This document shows positions 27,871-36,942 of a stretch of DNA of 64,000 nt, in pieces; the stretch's first letter is position 1; the number at the start of each line of letters is the position of its first letter. The notes beneath the pieces are model-generated. The model was given only the letters and a program-made list of their open reading frames with translations. It did no database searches and had not been told where the DNA came from. The stretch covers positions 14,649 to 78,648 of the forward strand of contig JBEKME010000016.1 of assembly GCA_050008675.1 (NCBI GenBank). The letters are read 5' to 3'. Origin of the DNA: Terriglobia bacterium. GTDB taxonomy: Bacteria; Acidobacteriota; Terriglobia; UBA7540. Both the position numbers and the translations under genes were made by a program.

Positions 27871-29088
27871 TTACACTCTCACTTTTGCTTCCGGCGCCTG
27901 TCGAGCCAGCGCGCTCTGGCAGCCCCTTGTCGCAAGGAATTCCGCCACGAGGCTTCGGACGGTATCCTGGAAGCGTTCTGTGGAAAGCTCGCGGCTCCTT
28001 TCGCGCAGGTGCCCTACAAGTGCAGCTTGCAGAGCTGGGTTTTCCAGCACGGAGACGATCTTTTGAATGGCATCGTCGTCATTCTCGAAAGTAAGTGACG
28101 GATGATCGACAATTTCCGTCTGCCCGCCGCCATTGGGCACAAATGTGAGGCAACCTGCCTTCACCAACTCAGCCACCGCGATCCCGAACGCCTCGCGCTC
28201 ACAACCATTGATCCCGAACTCATGCCGGGCCATCAACTCACGTTTTGCCTTCCCCGCTATGCGGCCTTCAAGGAACACCCAATCTCGGTGCCGCGAAGCG
28301 AGCGCTTGCACCTTCTTTGCAAAGGGTGAATCATCCAAGTCGCCGAGGATGTGAAGATGAATATCAAACCCTTGCTGCCGCACCTGGTCGAGAATGCCGA
28401 TTACCGCGTCCATGCGCTTTTCCGGCACCACCCGGCCAATGCACACAAATCCGTTTTCTCTTTCACCCCAGGAAACGGCCGGAAAATTGCCCGGCACGGG
28501 AGGGAACTGGACCCGGCGGGCGATCAACCCAAATTCCCTTTCCAAAAGGCCGGCCGTCCAGCACGAGTTCGCCACGGTGACATTCTTCTTCCAATTCTCC
28601 GCGCGGCTGGGCGCGAGGCGCTCGCAAAGCCCCAGGTAGGCCCTTCGCAACATCGTGTCGCCATACCACCAGCGCCGCGCAGTGGTCAGGCTGGGATGGA
28701 GCGCCTGCTGGAGCTTGGGGGCGAAAGAGAAGTCCGCCACGAACTGCACGAGCGGTACGCCCAAATCGCAGGGATTGTAATGGGAAGTGATCGCGTCAAA
28801 GCGGGGCGCTAACCGCCGGCATTCGCGCGTGAATAGCGCCCCGCGCAGCCCAGCGAGCTTGGGCGTGCGGTGCAATCCCAGGGGCAACCGCACCTCATGG
28901 ATGGTGAATTCCCCCGGCCGCAGGTCCGTGCCGTAGTACGCGTTCAGGCGCGGCAGGTCGACCTTGCCACCTGTGATAAGCGTTACGTCGTGGTCGCGCT
29001 TCAGCGCCTCGACGCTCCACAAAGCCCCGGTCTCCGAGCCCCCGTACCTGAGCTGGGGATGAATCACCGCTACGCGGGGGCGTCGCAA
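27871..29088 (-). CDS. glycosyltransferase family 4
   Basis: RVAVIHPQLRYGGSETGALW N-terminus. NGCEREAFGIAVAELVKAGCLTFV. 405 aa. Confidence 0.85.
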   Translation of the reverse strand: MRRPRVAVIHPQLRYGGSETGALWSVEALKRDHDVTLITGGKVDLPRLNAYYGTDLRPGEFTIHEVRLPLGLHRTPKLAGLRGALFTRECRRLAPRFDAITSHYNPCDLGVPLVQFVADFSFAPKLQQALHPSLTTARRWWYGDTMLRRAYLGLCERLAPSRAENWKKNVTVANSCWTAGLLEREFGLIARRVQFPPVPGNFPAVSWGERENGFVCIGRVVPEKRMDAVIGILDQVRQQGFDIHLHILGDLDDSPFAKKVQALASRHRDWVFLEGRIAGKAKRELMARHEFGINGCEREAFGIAVAELVKAGCLTFVPNGGGQTEIVDHPSLTFENDDDAIQKIVSVLENPALQAALVGHLRERSRELSTERFQDTVRSLVAEFLATRGCQSALARQAPEAKVRV

Positions 29089-29090
29089 AC

Positions 29091-29914
29091 CTATGCCCCC
29101 ACCTTCTCAGCTATCAGATGGATTTCGCTTCCGCGTTGCCGACCCTCAGTGCGATTGAAGCCAAGAGATCGGACGAGCGAAAGTACCATTTCAGGTGAAA
29201 CTTCGGCAGGAATAAAGCGTGGGTGGATTTCCAGGCACAGTAGGTCACACGCCGGACTGGACGGGGTCTCCTTCAGACCGCTAAGCACTCCGAACTCAGC
29301 GCCCTCAACATCGACCTTTACTGCCTTGGGAACCGGCAGACACGCCGTCCGGCGCAAGTCATCGCCGCGTGTCACTCGGATGATGGCGGCCGGTGAGCTC
29401 TTGTTCCGACTGGCGGCCCGAGGAACAATGGTTGCGGCCCCGCGCGTCCCAAAAATCTGGATTTCACCGCTGCGGTCGCCAAGAGCCAACTGGAATACCG
29501 TAGCGTTCGTCAAGCCGTTGAGGGCGATGTTCCTGATCAGCAACTGATAGCTCCCGGGAAGGGGTTCGAATCCGATCACCCTCCCGCGTTCGCCCACAAT
29601 CTTGGCCACAGGAATCAAGAACTCCCCAATGTTGCTTCCGATGTCGTAATAAACCCCGCCTCCCAGAGCCTCTTCTCCAACGCCTCGACAAAATCCAGTT
29701 CGTCCCCGTAGTAGGACTCGAGCGCATGGAACTCCTCCGTGTCAGGCTCAGTGAAAACAAACTGAACTCCCCCGATCGCATGACGGACCAACGGTCCTCG
29801 AAGGCGGTAGTCGCACCGCTTCAGGACAGGAGCGAGGTGAAAACCGCGCGCGATCTTTGTCAGCCGTCGGTTGTGCGTCAGGCTCCGGATAGCGCCCTTC
29901 ACGTGTCCAAGCAA
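29091..29914 (-). pseudogene. FkbM-family methyltransferase interrupted by a 1-nt frameshift
   Basis: ORF 29615..29914 ends ...FVEALEKRLWEAGFITTSEATLGSS. Shifting frame at the C4/G4 run (29654..29657) instead gives GGVYYDIGSNIGEFLIPVAKIVGERGRVIGFEP, which continues into ORF 29091..29618. This matches the intact paralogues. Confidence 0.7.
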
Positions 29915-29990
29915 TCAATCCACCTCTTCACTGCCGGTTTTCAGAAATCCGCCCCACCGCCCCGTGGCGTGCCCGGGCGACAGCACCGAA

Positions 29991-30962
29991 CTACTGCCTG
30001 CCCGCCGGCCGGGGAGGCTCTGCCGTCGGTCTCGGATCGTACTTGCCATGAAAGTCATAGGGTCTCACCCGCATACCTGTCTTGCCCCGAAGGGCATCTA
30101 CGAACGCCTTCGTCAGAAGGCGACAACGATACAGCTTATTATTGTCCACGATGATGATCACCCCAAGCCTGCGGACGCAAGCTACTGCAAAGCCCAAAGC
30201 AGCTCTCCATCTTGGCGAGCCGTACAGCCGCAGAAAATAGCTATTGCGAACGTGGTAATACATTTTCCAGTATTCCTCCACTCGCAAACGAGGCAATCCA
30301 AGACGCCTTTCCATTCCGGGGTTATGTGGGTGGTGCGCGAAGAGCGCCGTTTTCACCAGGACGAGCTCGCCCATCTCTTTCAGCTTCAGTGAGAGCAGGA
30401 TGTCGTCTCCGCACAAGAACAAATCTTCTCTTACGAAACCCACTCGGGAGGCTGCCTTAGCATCGACCAGAAGGCAGCAGAGGAACGCGCAGTCAGCGGG
30501 GACAACGTTACCGGTGAGGGCCGTTGCCTGCGAGTTCGTATGATGTGGTTCCAGGAGGTAGCCCGAGGGCGAGACAACACCCGTGCGGGTGTTAATCTGC
30601 ATGCAGGTGGCTGCCACAACTCTGCCGCCCGGCGTGAACCCGGGCTTAAGCAGCTCCTCCAGGGTCGATGGACGCGGCACGACATCGCTGTCGAGACACC
30701 ATATCCACTGGTGGCCTCGCTGATAAGCCATCTTCATTCCGGCGTTGAAACCTCCGGCCCCACCGCGGTTGTCCGGAAGGCGAACATAAATCACTCGACC
30801 GGCGAACTTCTGAGCGACCATTTCTCCGGTTCCGTCGGTGGAGGCGTTATCTACGACGATGACCTCATCAGCGGGCCGAGTCTGGTGGAGAACGGACTCC
30901 AAGCATTCAGCCAGAAGTGCCGAACGGTTATAGGTGGGAATGACAGCGCAGACAGTCACCAT
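29991..30962 (-). CDS. glycosyltransferase family 2
   Basis: VCAVIPTYNRSALLAECLESVLHQT, VIVVDNASTDGT, CLDSDV. Confidence 0.85.
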   Translation of the reverse strand: MVTVCAVIPTYNRSALLAECLESVLHQTRPADEVIVVDNASTDGTGEMVAQKFAGRVIYVRLPDNRGGAGGFNAGMKMAYQRGHQWIWCLDSDVVPRPSTLEELLKPGFTPGGRVVAATCMQINTRTGVVSPSGYLLEPHHTNSQATALTGNVVPADCAFLCCLLVDAKAASRVGFVREDLFLCGDDILLSLKLKEMGELVLVKTALFAHHPHNPGMERRLGLPRLRVEEYWKMYYHVRNSYFLRLYGSPRWRAALGFAVACVRRLGVIIIVDNNKLYRCRLLTKAFVDALRGKTGMRVRPYDFHGKYDPRPTAEPPRPAGRQ

Positions 30963-31018
30963 TTATTGTCTCCTGCAACGGTGAGGCCATGTCATTTGCC
31001 AGAACGATCTCGCGTGCG

Positions 31019-32422
31019 TTAGACGTCTACCCCTGATGCGCCGCAGGCGGATGCAGCCAGACATGCCGTTGCGCCTACGTACAGTCCGTCTCGAATCGAA
31101 TCCGCAATGCCTTGAAAATTCCAGCGGGCGTACCGGCCGACCATCAGGATGTCGTTTTCTTCCAGCTTCTCGAGGGCACGTGAGCGCCACTTGGAACCGG
31201 GCCAAGACCAGGTGTACGCCACGTCAATCCAGGTCGCGTCGGCCACCTCCGCATCGCCAATGTAGCCCCAGTCTCGCAGTTCCTGTGTGGCGGCTTCGAC
31301 GTATTCCTGAATGTCCTGCTCTGCAGGAACGGAACCATGTGCGAAGGCACGCTCCGCGTAGATGCTCACCCGGTCCGAGAGCGCGCGCGATGATTGGGGC
31401 AGGAAACTAACATCAACGTTGCTATAGAAACCCACCCGGTGAAATCCTGCCTTGCTTCGCGAAACATAGACCCAGTGGTCGCCAGGGCAAGCTGCCCCGC
31501 GCTTCGCGCCAATGTTCAGCACGAGAACCGATGTGTACGGACCAGGCTCTTCATCGAGCTCGAGGCGCGTCATTTCAACCATCTTGCTCAGAGGCAACGT
31601 CGAGACCAGCAGTTCATAGTGAACCGTTGACCCGTCTGCGAATTCCACCTCTCTCCGGCGGACGTCAACGGCCGCGGCGCGCTTCTGGTAGTGAACCTCA
31701 CAGCGCTCGGCCATCCGCGTGGCGAGGCTATTCAGACCCTCTGTGGGGTAAACGAAGCTCACGTTGTAACCCACTTGCGAGTTGCCTCCAAACATGCCTT
31801 GGATGACGCGGTCCAGGTCCACCGGGGACTTGTAGGGGTCTTGCGGCGCGATTTCCTTCCAGAGGCCAGCGGTGTACATCTCATGAAAAGGGCCAAAAAA
31901 CATCTCGGTAAGTGTCGCTCCGAAGCTTTGCCTTAGCCACTCTTCGAGCGTTCGAGGTCGGGCGCGAGGTGACGCCAAGATTTCCGACAAAGCTTTGATT
32001 CTTGTTTCCTCTTTGATAGAGCCCAGGTGGTTTTGCAGAGGGTAGGGGACGTAAAGGCGTTCGTCCGGGAAAAACACCGAAGAGCGGCGCGCATAACACT
32101 CGACCGGAGCCAAACTGCCAACGAAGCGCAGAATGGCTGCATCTCCCCCAAATATCCAGTGCCCCCCTCCCAGCTCGAAGCGATAAGCCTCTCCATCCTC
32201 GGGCCGGGAACGGAGACGCTGCTGGCTACCGGGGCGCATGTAGTAGGACGTACAAACACCGCCCGGCGCTGCGGCCTCTTCGTAGACTGGCGACCGGGAT
32301 GCCAAGCCTGCAGCAAGACCAGTCATTCCGGCACCGAGAACAATCACTCGATGCGCTCTCCGCGAGGCATTTTCGGTCACTGGCAAAGGTCTCTCCCGGA
32401 GATGGCTGAACCGAGACCGCAA
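31019..32422 (-). CDS. FAD-dependent oxidoreductase (amine-oxidase / UDP-galactopyranose-mutase-like fold)
   Basis: Rossmann motif VIVLGAGMTGLAAGLA followed by EEAAAPGGVCTS. 467 aa. The substrate cannot be told from sequence. Confidence 0.65.
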   Translation of the reverse strand: MRSRFSHLRERPLPVTENASRRAHRVIVLGAGMTGLAAGLASRSPVYEEAAAPGGVCTSYYMRPGSQQRLRSRPEDGEAYRFELGGGHWIFGGDAAILRFVGSLAPVECYARRSSVFFPDERLYVPYPLQNHLGSIKEETRIKALSEILASPRARPRTLEEWLRQSFGATLTEMFFGPFHEMYTAGLWKEIAPQDPYKSPVDLDRVIQGMFGGNSQVGYNVSFVYPTEGLNSLATRMAERCEVHYQKRAAAVDVRRREVEFADGSTVHYELLVSTLPLSKMVEMTRLELDEEPGPYTSVLVLNIGAKRGAACPGDHWVYVSRSKAGFHRVGFYSNVDVSFLPQSSRALSDRVSIYAERAFAHGSVPAEQDIQEYVEAATQELRDWGYIGDAEVADATWIDVAYTWSWPGSKWRSRALEKLEENDILMVGRYARWNFQGIADSIRDGLYVGATACLAASACGASGVDV

Positions 32423-32478
32423 GCGTTGGCAACCGCTATGGCGCCATCTCGAGCATCACATAATCTCAAAGCTGCCAA

Positions 32479-33906
32479 TCAAACCTCTGCGGGGGTCCTA
32501 GCCACCACGGCTTCGACGGCAAGCATGCCCTCTTGGGCCCTAACTTTTGCGGAAGAGTCCTCGCCCGCCTGCAGCGGGTTAAGGTGCGCCTTCCAAAGAT
32601 AGCCAAACTGCACCGCCGTGACCGCGAACTCTGCCGTCATCACTGAAAATGCCATGCCGTTTGCTTTCCAAACAGGGGCTAGCAGGAAGGACAGCGCCAA
32701 GTTGACAGCTCCGCCCAGGGCGACGGATGCCAGAACGACTCTCTCTCGGCGAAATGGAAAGAGCACTTGCATGCCCAGGACGTTGCTGATCGCGATCATA
32801 AACGGCAGCGGGGACAAAAGACGTAAAGTTGTGACGGAACTTTCGTAGCGGGGCCCAAAAGCCACCTTAATGATCAGCGGAGCCGCCAGGAACAGAGTCA
32901 CGGAAATGAGTAACCCCACTGCACCCACCACGAGGAGCATCCTTCTTCCCCAGTGCAGCGCATCCTGTTTCGAGTCCACGGCCAACTTGCTGAACCGGGG
33001 GTAGACTGCCTGCGATAGTGGACCCCAAACAGAGGTAGCCATCCGGGTAACCCTCTCCGCTGCGCTGTAAAAGCCAACCATAAGGTCGCTTGCCAGGAAT
33101 CCCAAAATGAGCCCGTTAGCCGACGAATAGAAACTAATCGCCCCCAGGGTGAAAAACGAGACACAGCCCTCCTTGAGGCAGCGCCAGATGTCTGCCCAAG
33201 AGGGCAGCGAAAACGTCAGCCGGAACCTTCGAACGGCGATCCACGCTCCAGCCGCACCGCCTAGCAGGGAGCCAAAAGACACTAGCGCCGCATAAACGAG
33301 GTAGTCTTGAGGCCCGCGAACCAACACAAACATTGCCAGGACCGAGAGAGTCCGTACAGACAGGTTGATGATAGAAGCAGGCAGCATCTGTTCCAGCCCC
33401 TGGAACAGCCACGCCGGGAAAAGAAGACCCCCCGAGACGCCCACAAACAAGAGCAGAAGCAAACTTGATAAGGCATGAAAGCGGGGGACTAGCCTAATCA
33501 ACAGCAAAAGGATCAGAAGGCCAAGCGATGCCAGCAGCGCCTTGGCGGCCCAGACGGTGTTTGCTATGCGGTTGACTGCGGCAGGGCTTTCCCTTTCGGT
33601 GGAGATCTTCCGCGTGGCCGAGAGGCCGAAGCCGTAGTCTACGCCCAGCGCGATGTAGGACATCAGGCTTTGACCGAAGGCGAGGGTTCCGAGTCTCCAC
33701 GGGCCGAGTACACGTGCCAAGTAGGGCAACGCGATCAAGGGAAGAATATACTGCGCAAATTGAATCGAATAGAGGGAGAGAGCGTTCTTGCCAACCGTGC
33801 TACCCAATGTGCGGCGGACAACAAGGACGACCTCTGCAGGCCGTGGTAGGCTACGTATGCCTGCTCTACGATCTGGCGGCGGTATCCGCACCCCCGCCGT
33901 GCTCAT
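32479..33906 (-). CDS. polysaccharide flippase (Wzx, MOP superfamily)
   Basis: About 12 hydrophobic segments and its position in the EPS locus. The ORF extends to 34248, but that part is translated hairpin repeat overlapping the GT26 gene. Start placed at the ATG at 33906. Confidence 0.7.
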   Translation of the reverse strand: MSTAGVRIPPPDRRAGIRSLPRPAEVVLVVRRTLGSTVGKNALSLYSIQFAQYILPLIALPYLARVLGPWRLGTLAFGQSLMSYIALGVDYGFGLSATRKISTERESPAAVNRIANTVWAAKALLASLGLLILLLLIRLVPRFHALSSLLLLLFVGVSGGLLFPAWLFQGLEQMLPASIINLSVRTLSVLAMFVLVRGPQDYLVYAALVSFGSLLGGAAGAWIAVRRFRLTFSLPSWADIWRCLKEGCVSFFTLGAISFYSSANGLILGFLASDLMVGFYSAAERVTRMATSVWGPLSQAVYPRFSKLAVDSKQDALHWGRRMLLVVGAVGLLISVTLFLAAPLIIKVAFGPRYESSVTTLRLLSPLPFMIAISNVLGMQVLFPFRRERVVLASVALGGAVNLALSFLLAPVWKANGMAFSVMTAEFAVTAVQFGYLWKAHLNPLQAGEDSSAKVRAQEGMLAVEAVVARTPAEV

Positions 33907-34002
33907 GGATGCACGCTCCCTTCGGACCTCGTCAGTGCAGCTCTGCGCCGCGCTCGAGCCGGACGTCCACCCCAAATTGCCAGTTGGCCGCGCTGGCGAG
34001 GG

Positions 34003-34091
34003 TGGATTTCCGCTTCCGCGGGAATGACGCCCCTCCATGTCACCCCCGCGCAAGCGGCTGTGCAGTGGATTTCCGCTTGCGCGGGAATGAC
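34003..34091. repeat. two direct copies of a MITE-type hairpin module (GGATTTCCGC-TTSC-GCGGGAATGAC)
   Basis: 34003..34028 and 34065..34091. This is a divergent version of the ATTCCCGC-GAAA-GCGGGAAT module, sitting at the GT26/wzx junction. Confidence 0.7.
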
Positions 34092-34876
34092 CATCCACTG
34101 AGTTCCAGAATCGACCGGGCGGCAAACTGCGGGCCGTAGACGAACGCCCGGCGCCACGTGCGGCGCGGTTCATGGAAGAAACGCCAAAGCCATTCGAAAC
34201 CCGACTCCCGAATCCAGGCTGGAGCGCTTTCGACTTTACCGCTGACAAACTTGAACGCCGCCCCGACGGCGATCATCACCGACACGTTGACCTTTTCCCG
34301 ATGCGAGAAAATCCATTGTTCCTGTTTCGGCAAGCCCAGTCCTACCCACAGGACGTCCGGTCTGGTTTGGTTAATCATCTTGACGACTTGCGCGTCTTCT
34401 TCCGGAGTAAGTTCGCGAAAAGGCGGGGAATATGTGCCCACAATGCGCAGCCGCGGGAATTGTTCCGAGAGTCTGGTGGCGCACAGGCCAAGAACTTCCT
34501 CCGTGTCGCCGTAAAAGAAATTCGTATAGCCCTTCTCGTTCGATAACCGGCAGAAAGCCCATAGGAAGTCAGCGCCACGAACTTGTCTTGGTGCACAGCC
34601 AGCTTTCTTGGCCGCCACGCGGGCTGTCCACTTCCCGTCAGGGACGGAGAGATCTGCCGATTCGAGAATGGTTTTGAACGCGGGGTTCTTCAGCCCCTCA
34701 ACCAGCCCGTGTGAGCTAGTCACCGCGATCCAGTGGGTCCTGTCCCGCTGGCAGAGCCACTGTTCCATGGCCTGGAGAACCTGCCCCATGTCCAGGACGT
34801 GTACGGGTACGCCCAGGAGGCGCACACAGGGAACATTGGCGCTACACGCAATGTGATTTTCAGCCGTCATGGTCAT
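34040..34876 (-). CDS. WecB/TagA/CpsF-family glycosyltransferase (GT26)
   Basis: LLGVPVHVLDM, SADLSVPDGK, NFFYGDTEEV, DVLWVGLGLPKQEQW, MIAVGAAFKFVSG, EWLWRFFHEPRR. Start at the ATG at 34876, 20 nt after the upstream gene. Confidence 0.85.
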   Translation of the reverse strand: MTMTAENHIACSANVPCVRLLGVPVHVLDMGQVLQAMEQWLCQRDRTHWIAVTSSHGLVEGLKNPAFKTILESADLSVPDGKWTARVAAKKAGCAPRQVRGADFLWAFCRLSNEKGYTNFFYGDTEEVLGLCATRLSEQFPRLRIVGTYSPPFRELTPEEDAQVVKMINQTRPDVLWVGLGLPKQEQWIFSHREKVNVSVMIAVGAAFKFVSGKVESAPAWIRESGFEWLWRFFHEPRRTWRRAFVYGPQFAARSILELSGWSFPRKRKSTAQPLARG

Positions 34877-34895
34877 GCTCACTCCACGGATATGC

Positions 34896-35702
34896 TCACA
34901 AGGAGGGCGGTGATTGCGAGGGAGCTTTTGAAAGTAGCGCTTCAGCCGGCCAAGCAGTCCCAGCAGAGGCTGGCTTTCGATATCGCCGTGGAGTTCGGCG
35001 CGAGATCTTCCCTTCCCGGCGCTCCCACCGGCCCGTGAAGGTAACCGCAAACGATATGAGGACCAAGCGAATGTCCAACCAGAAGCTTTGCCGCCGCGCG
35101 TAGAGCAGGTCGTAGCGAAGCTTGTGCCGTCGAGATATTTCGCTGTGGCCGTAGACCTGGGCCAGCCCGGTAAGGCCAGGTCGAACCTGGTGGCGTAAAT
35201 CGAAGCCAGGAATCTCTGCCCGGAATTTTTTCACCAGCTCGACCCACTCCGGCCGTGGGCCGACAAAGCTCATATCACCCCGGAAGATACTCCAGAGCTG
35301 TGGGAGCTCGTCCATAGCCGTGGCCCGTAGGATTCTCCCAACCTTCGTTATCCTGGGGTCGTTTGCAGCAGCGGGTACTACGCCCCATTTCTTATCGGAG
35401 TCAGGAACCATGGAGCGGAACTTCAGGCCCGTGAAGACCCGCCCGTCTTTCCCCACGCGCTCTTGCCGATAAAAGACGGGGCCGCCGTCGTGGAGCTTCA
35501 CCGCCAGGGCAATAATCCCCCAAAAGGGCAGCGATACGATAAGCCCCACCCCGGACAGTAGAATGTCAAAGCCCCGTTTGAGCACGCGCCACCGCCATCT
35601 GTCATTCTGATCCCGCTCTGCGGGAGAAGAATCTCCGCAGTTTGTAGCTGGATGCTGAGCGCAAAAGACAACTGCAGAGATCCTTCGCCCGCCCGAAAGC
35701 AC
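34896..35702 (-). CDS. priming sugar phosphotransferase (bacterial sugar transferase family)
   Basis: KRGFDILLSGVGLIVSLPFW TM helix. PVFYRQERVGKDGRVFTGLKFRSM, DELPQLWSIFRGDMSFVGPRP. GTG start with an uncertain position. Confidence 0.85.
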   Translation of the reverse strand: MLSGGRRISAVVFCAQHPATNCGDSSPAERDQNDRWRWRVLKRGFDILLSGVGLIVSLPFWGIIALAVKLHDGGPVFYRQERVGKDGRVFTGLKFRSMVPDSDKKWGVVPAAANDPRITKVGRILRATAMDELPQLWSIFRGDMSFVGPRPEWVELVKKFRAEIPGFDLRHQVRPGLTGLAQVYGHSEISRRHKLRYDLLYARRQSFWLDIRLVLISFAVTFTGRWERREGKISRRTPRRYRKPASAGTAWPAEALLSKAPSQSPPSL

Positions 35703-35746
35703 GGCGGGCTCAGGATGACAGGCACAAAAGTAGTGAAAGGAAGCAA

Positions 35747-36895
35747 TCAGGCACTTGCGGCGGGAGCGAACAAACTACGAATGGACGCCAGTATGGCCTT
35801 ATGATGCCAGTCAAACCTCAGGTTCCCATTCAGCCTGGACAGCAGATCGATTCCCTTTGCCCTATCAAAGGCCCTTTCGATGAGGCTGTCGGAAAGGCGC
35901 GCCGCGAGCTTTCGGGCGAGATAACCCGTCCACAGCTCGAGGCCGAAAGCGGCGCGCCAGAAGCGCTCAAACTCGCCCAAGGTGTGAACGCTGAGGTCGC
36001 CCTTTCGAAAGGCACGAAGTATGACCTCGGTGGCCATTTCCGCGGAAAGAAGACCGAAGTAAATCCCACCTCCCGTTGAGGTCTTAACGTGAGCTGCGGC
36101 TTCCCCGATCACCACCATCCGTTCCCCAACACAATTTCCCACCGGCATCTGTCCTATGGCCTTCTCCCGGACCTTCGCCTCACCCCGATCCAGTCCGGGC
36201 GCCACTCTCTGCAAAAGTGCGCCGAAGTATGGCCGGGGATCTTCCACGCACATAAGACCGACGCGCACGCGCCCGTGTCCCAAAGGAATCTTCCAGCCGA
36301 AGGCCCCGGGCGCGACAGACCGCCCCACATACACCTCAGTTGGGTTGGAGATCCCATCCTTCCCCAGCGGGATATCAGCCTGGATGGCCCGCAAGAATTC
36401 GCGAGGCTTCACCAGCCCCAGGGCCGCGTTGAGGGAACCGTTCACTCCGCAGGCAATCACGGCAGCCCGCGCCCTTACTTTCCCAACCGCCCGCTGGCGC
36501 CAGCGGAAATGCAAAAGCACTCCGTCCTTTTCGCGGTCGATAGCCTCGACAAACCGACCTAAACACAGCTCAGCGCCGGCGGAACGAGCCAGGTTCGCAA
36601 GGTCGCGGTTGAATTCCGCCTTATCGACCACGCGAGCCAGTGGCGTCGCCGAGCGATATTCCAACGTTCTTCCAGCCGGCGAGACCGCCTGGATGCAGCA
36701 AATGCGGTTCAAGACTGGTCGGATGGGCAAACCAAAACGCACAAACGCCTCTTCCCCGATGACCCCGGAACAGACGGTGTTTTCACCGATCCTCTTCTGG
36801 GCATCCAGCACCGCGACATCGAGCCCCGCCGAGGCGAGTTGATAAGCCGCATACAACCCAGCCGGACCCGCCCCGATCACAGCAACATCTCGCAT
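35747..36895 (-). CDS. geranylgeranyl-reductase-family FAD-dependent oxidoreductase
   Basis: VAVIGAGPAGLYAAYQLASAGLDVAVLD, and the C-terminal VVIGEAAAHVKTSTGGGIYFGLLSAEMA (the GDAAG..P.tGeGIyyA motif of this family). ATG at 36895, with an upstream GTG at 36919. Confidence 0.65.
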   Translation of the reverse strand: MRDVAVIGAGPAGLYAAYQLASAGLDVAVLDAQKRIGENTVCSGVIGEEAFVRFGLPIRPVLNRICCIQAVSPAGRTLEYRSATPLARVVDKAEFNRDLANLARSAGAELCLGRFVEAIDREKDGVLLHFRWRQRAVGKVRARAAVIACGVNGSLNAALGLVKPREFLRAIQADIPLGKDGISNPTEVYVGRSVAPGAFGWKIPLGHGRVRVGLMCVEDPRPYFGALLQRVAPGLDRGEAKVREKAIGQMPVGNCVGERMVVIGEAAAHVKTSTGGGIYFGLLSAEMATEVILRAFRKGDLSVHTLGEFERFWRAAFGLELWTGYLARKLAARLSDSLIERAFDRAKGIDLLSRLNGNLRFDWHHKAILASIRSLFAPAASA

Positions 36896-36942
36896 CAACG
36901 TCGTGTCACCTCTGGTCACGAGATTCTAGAACAAGGGTCATC

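Noticed and set aside
29563-29573. GGTTCGAATCC, a tRNA T-arm-like 11-mer
   Set aside because: It lies inside the FkbM coding frame (VIGFEPLP). No acceptor, D or anticodon arms can be folded around it.
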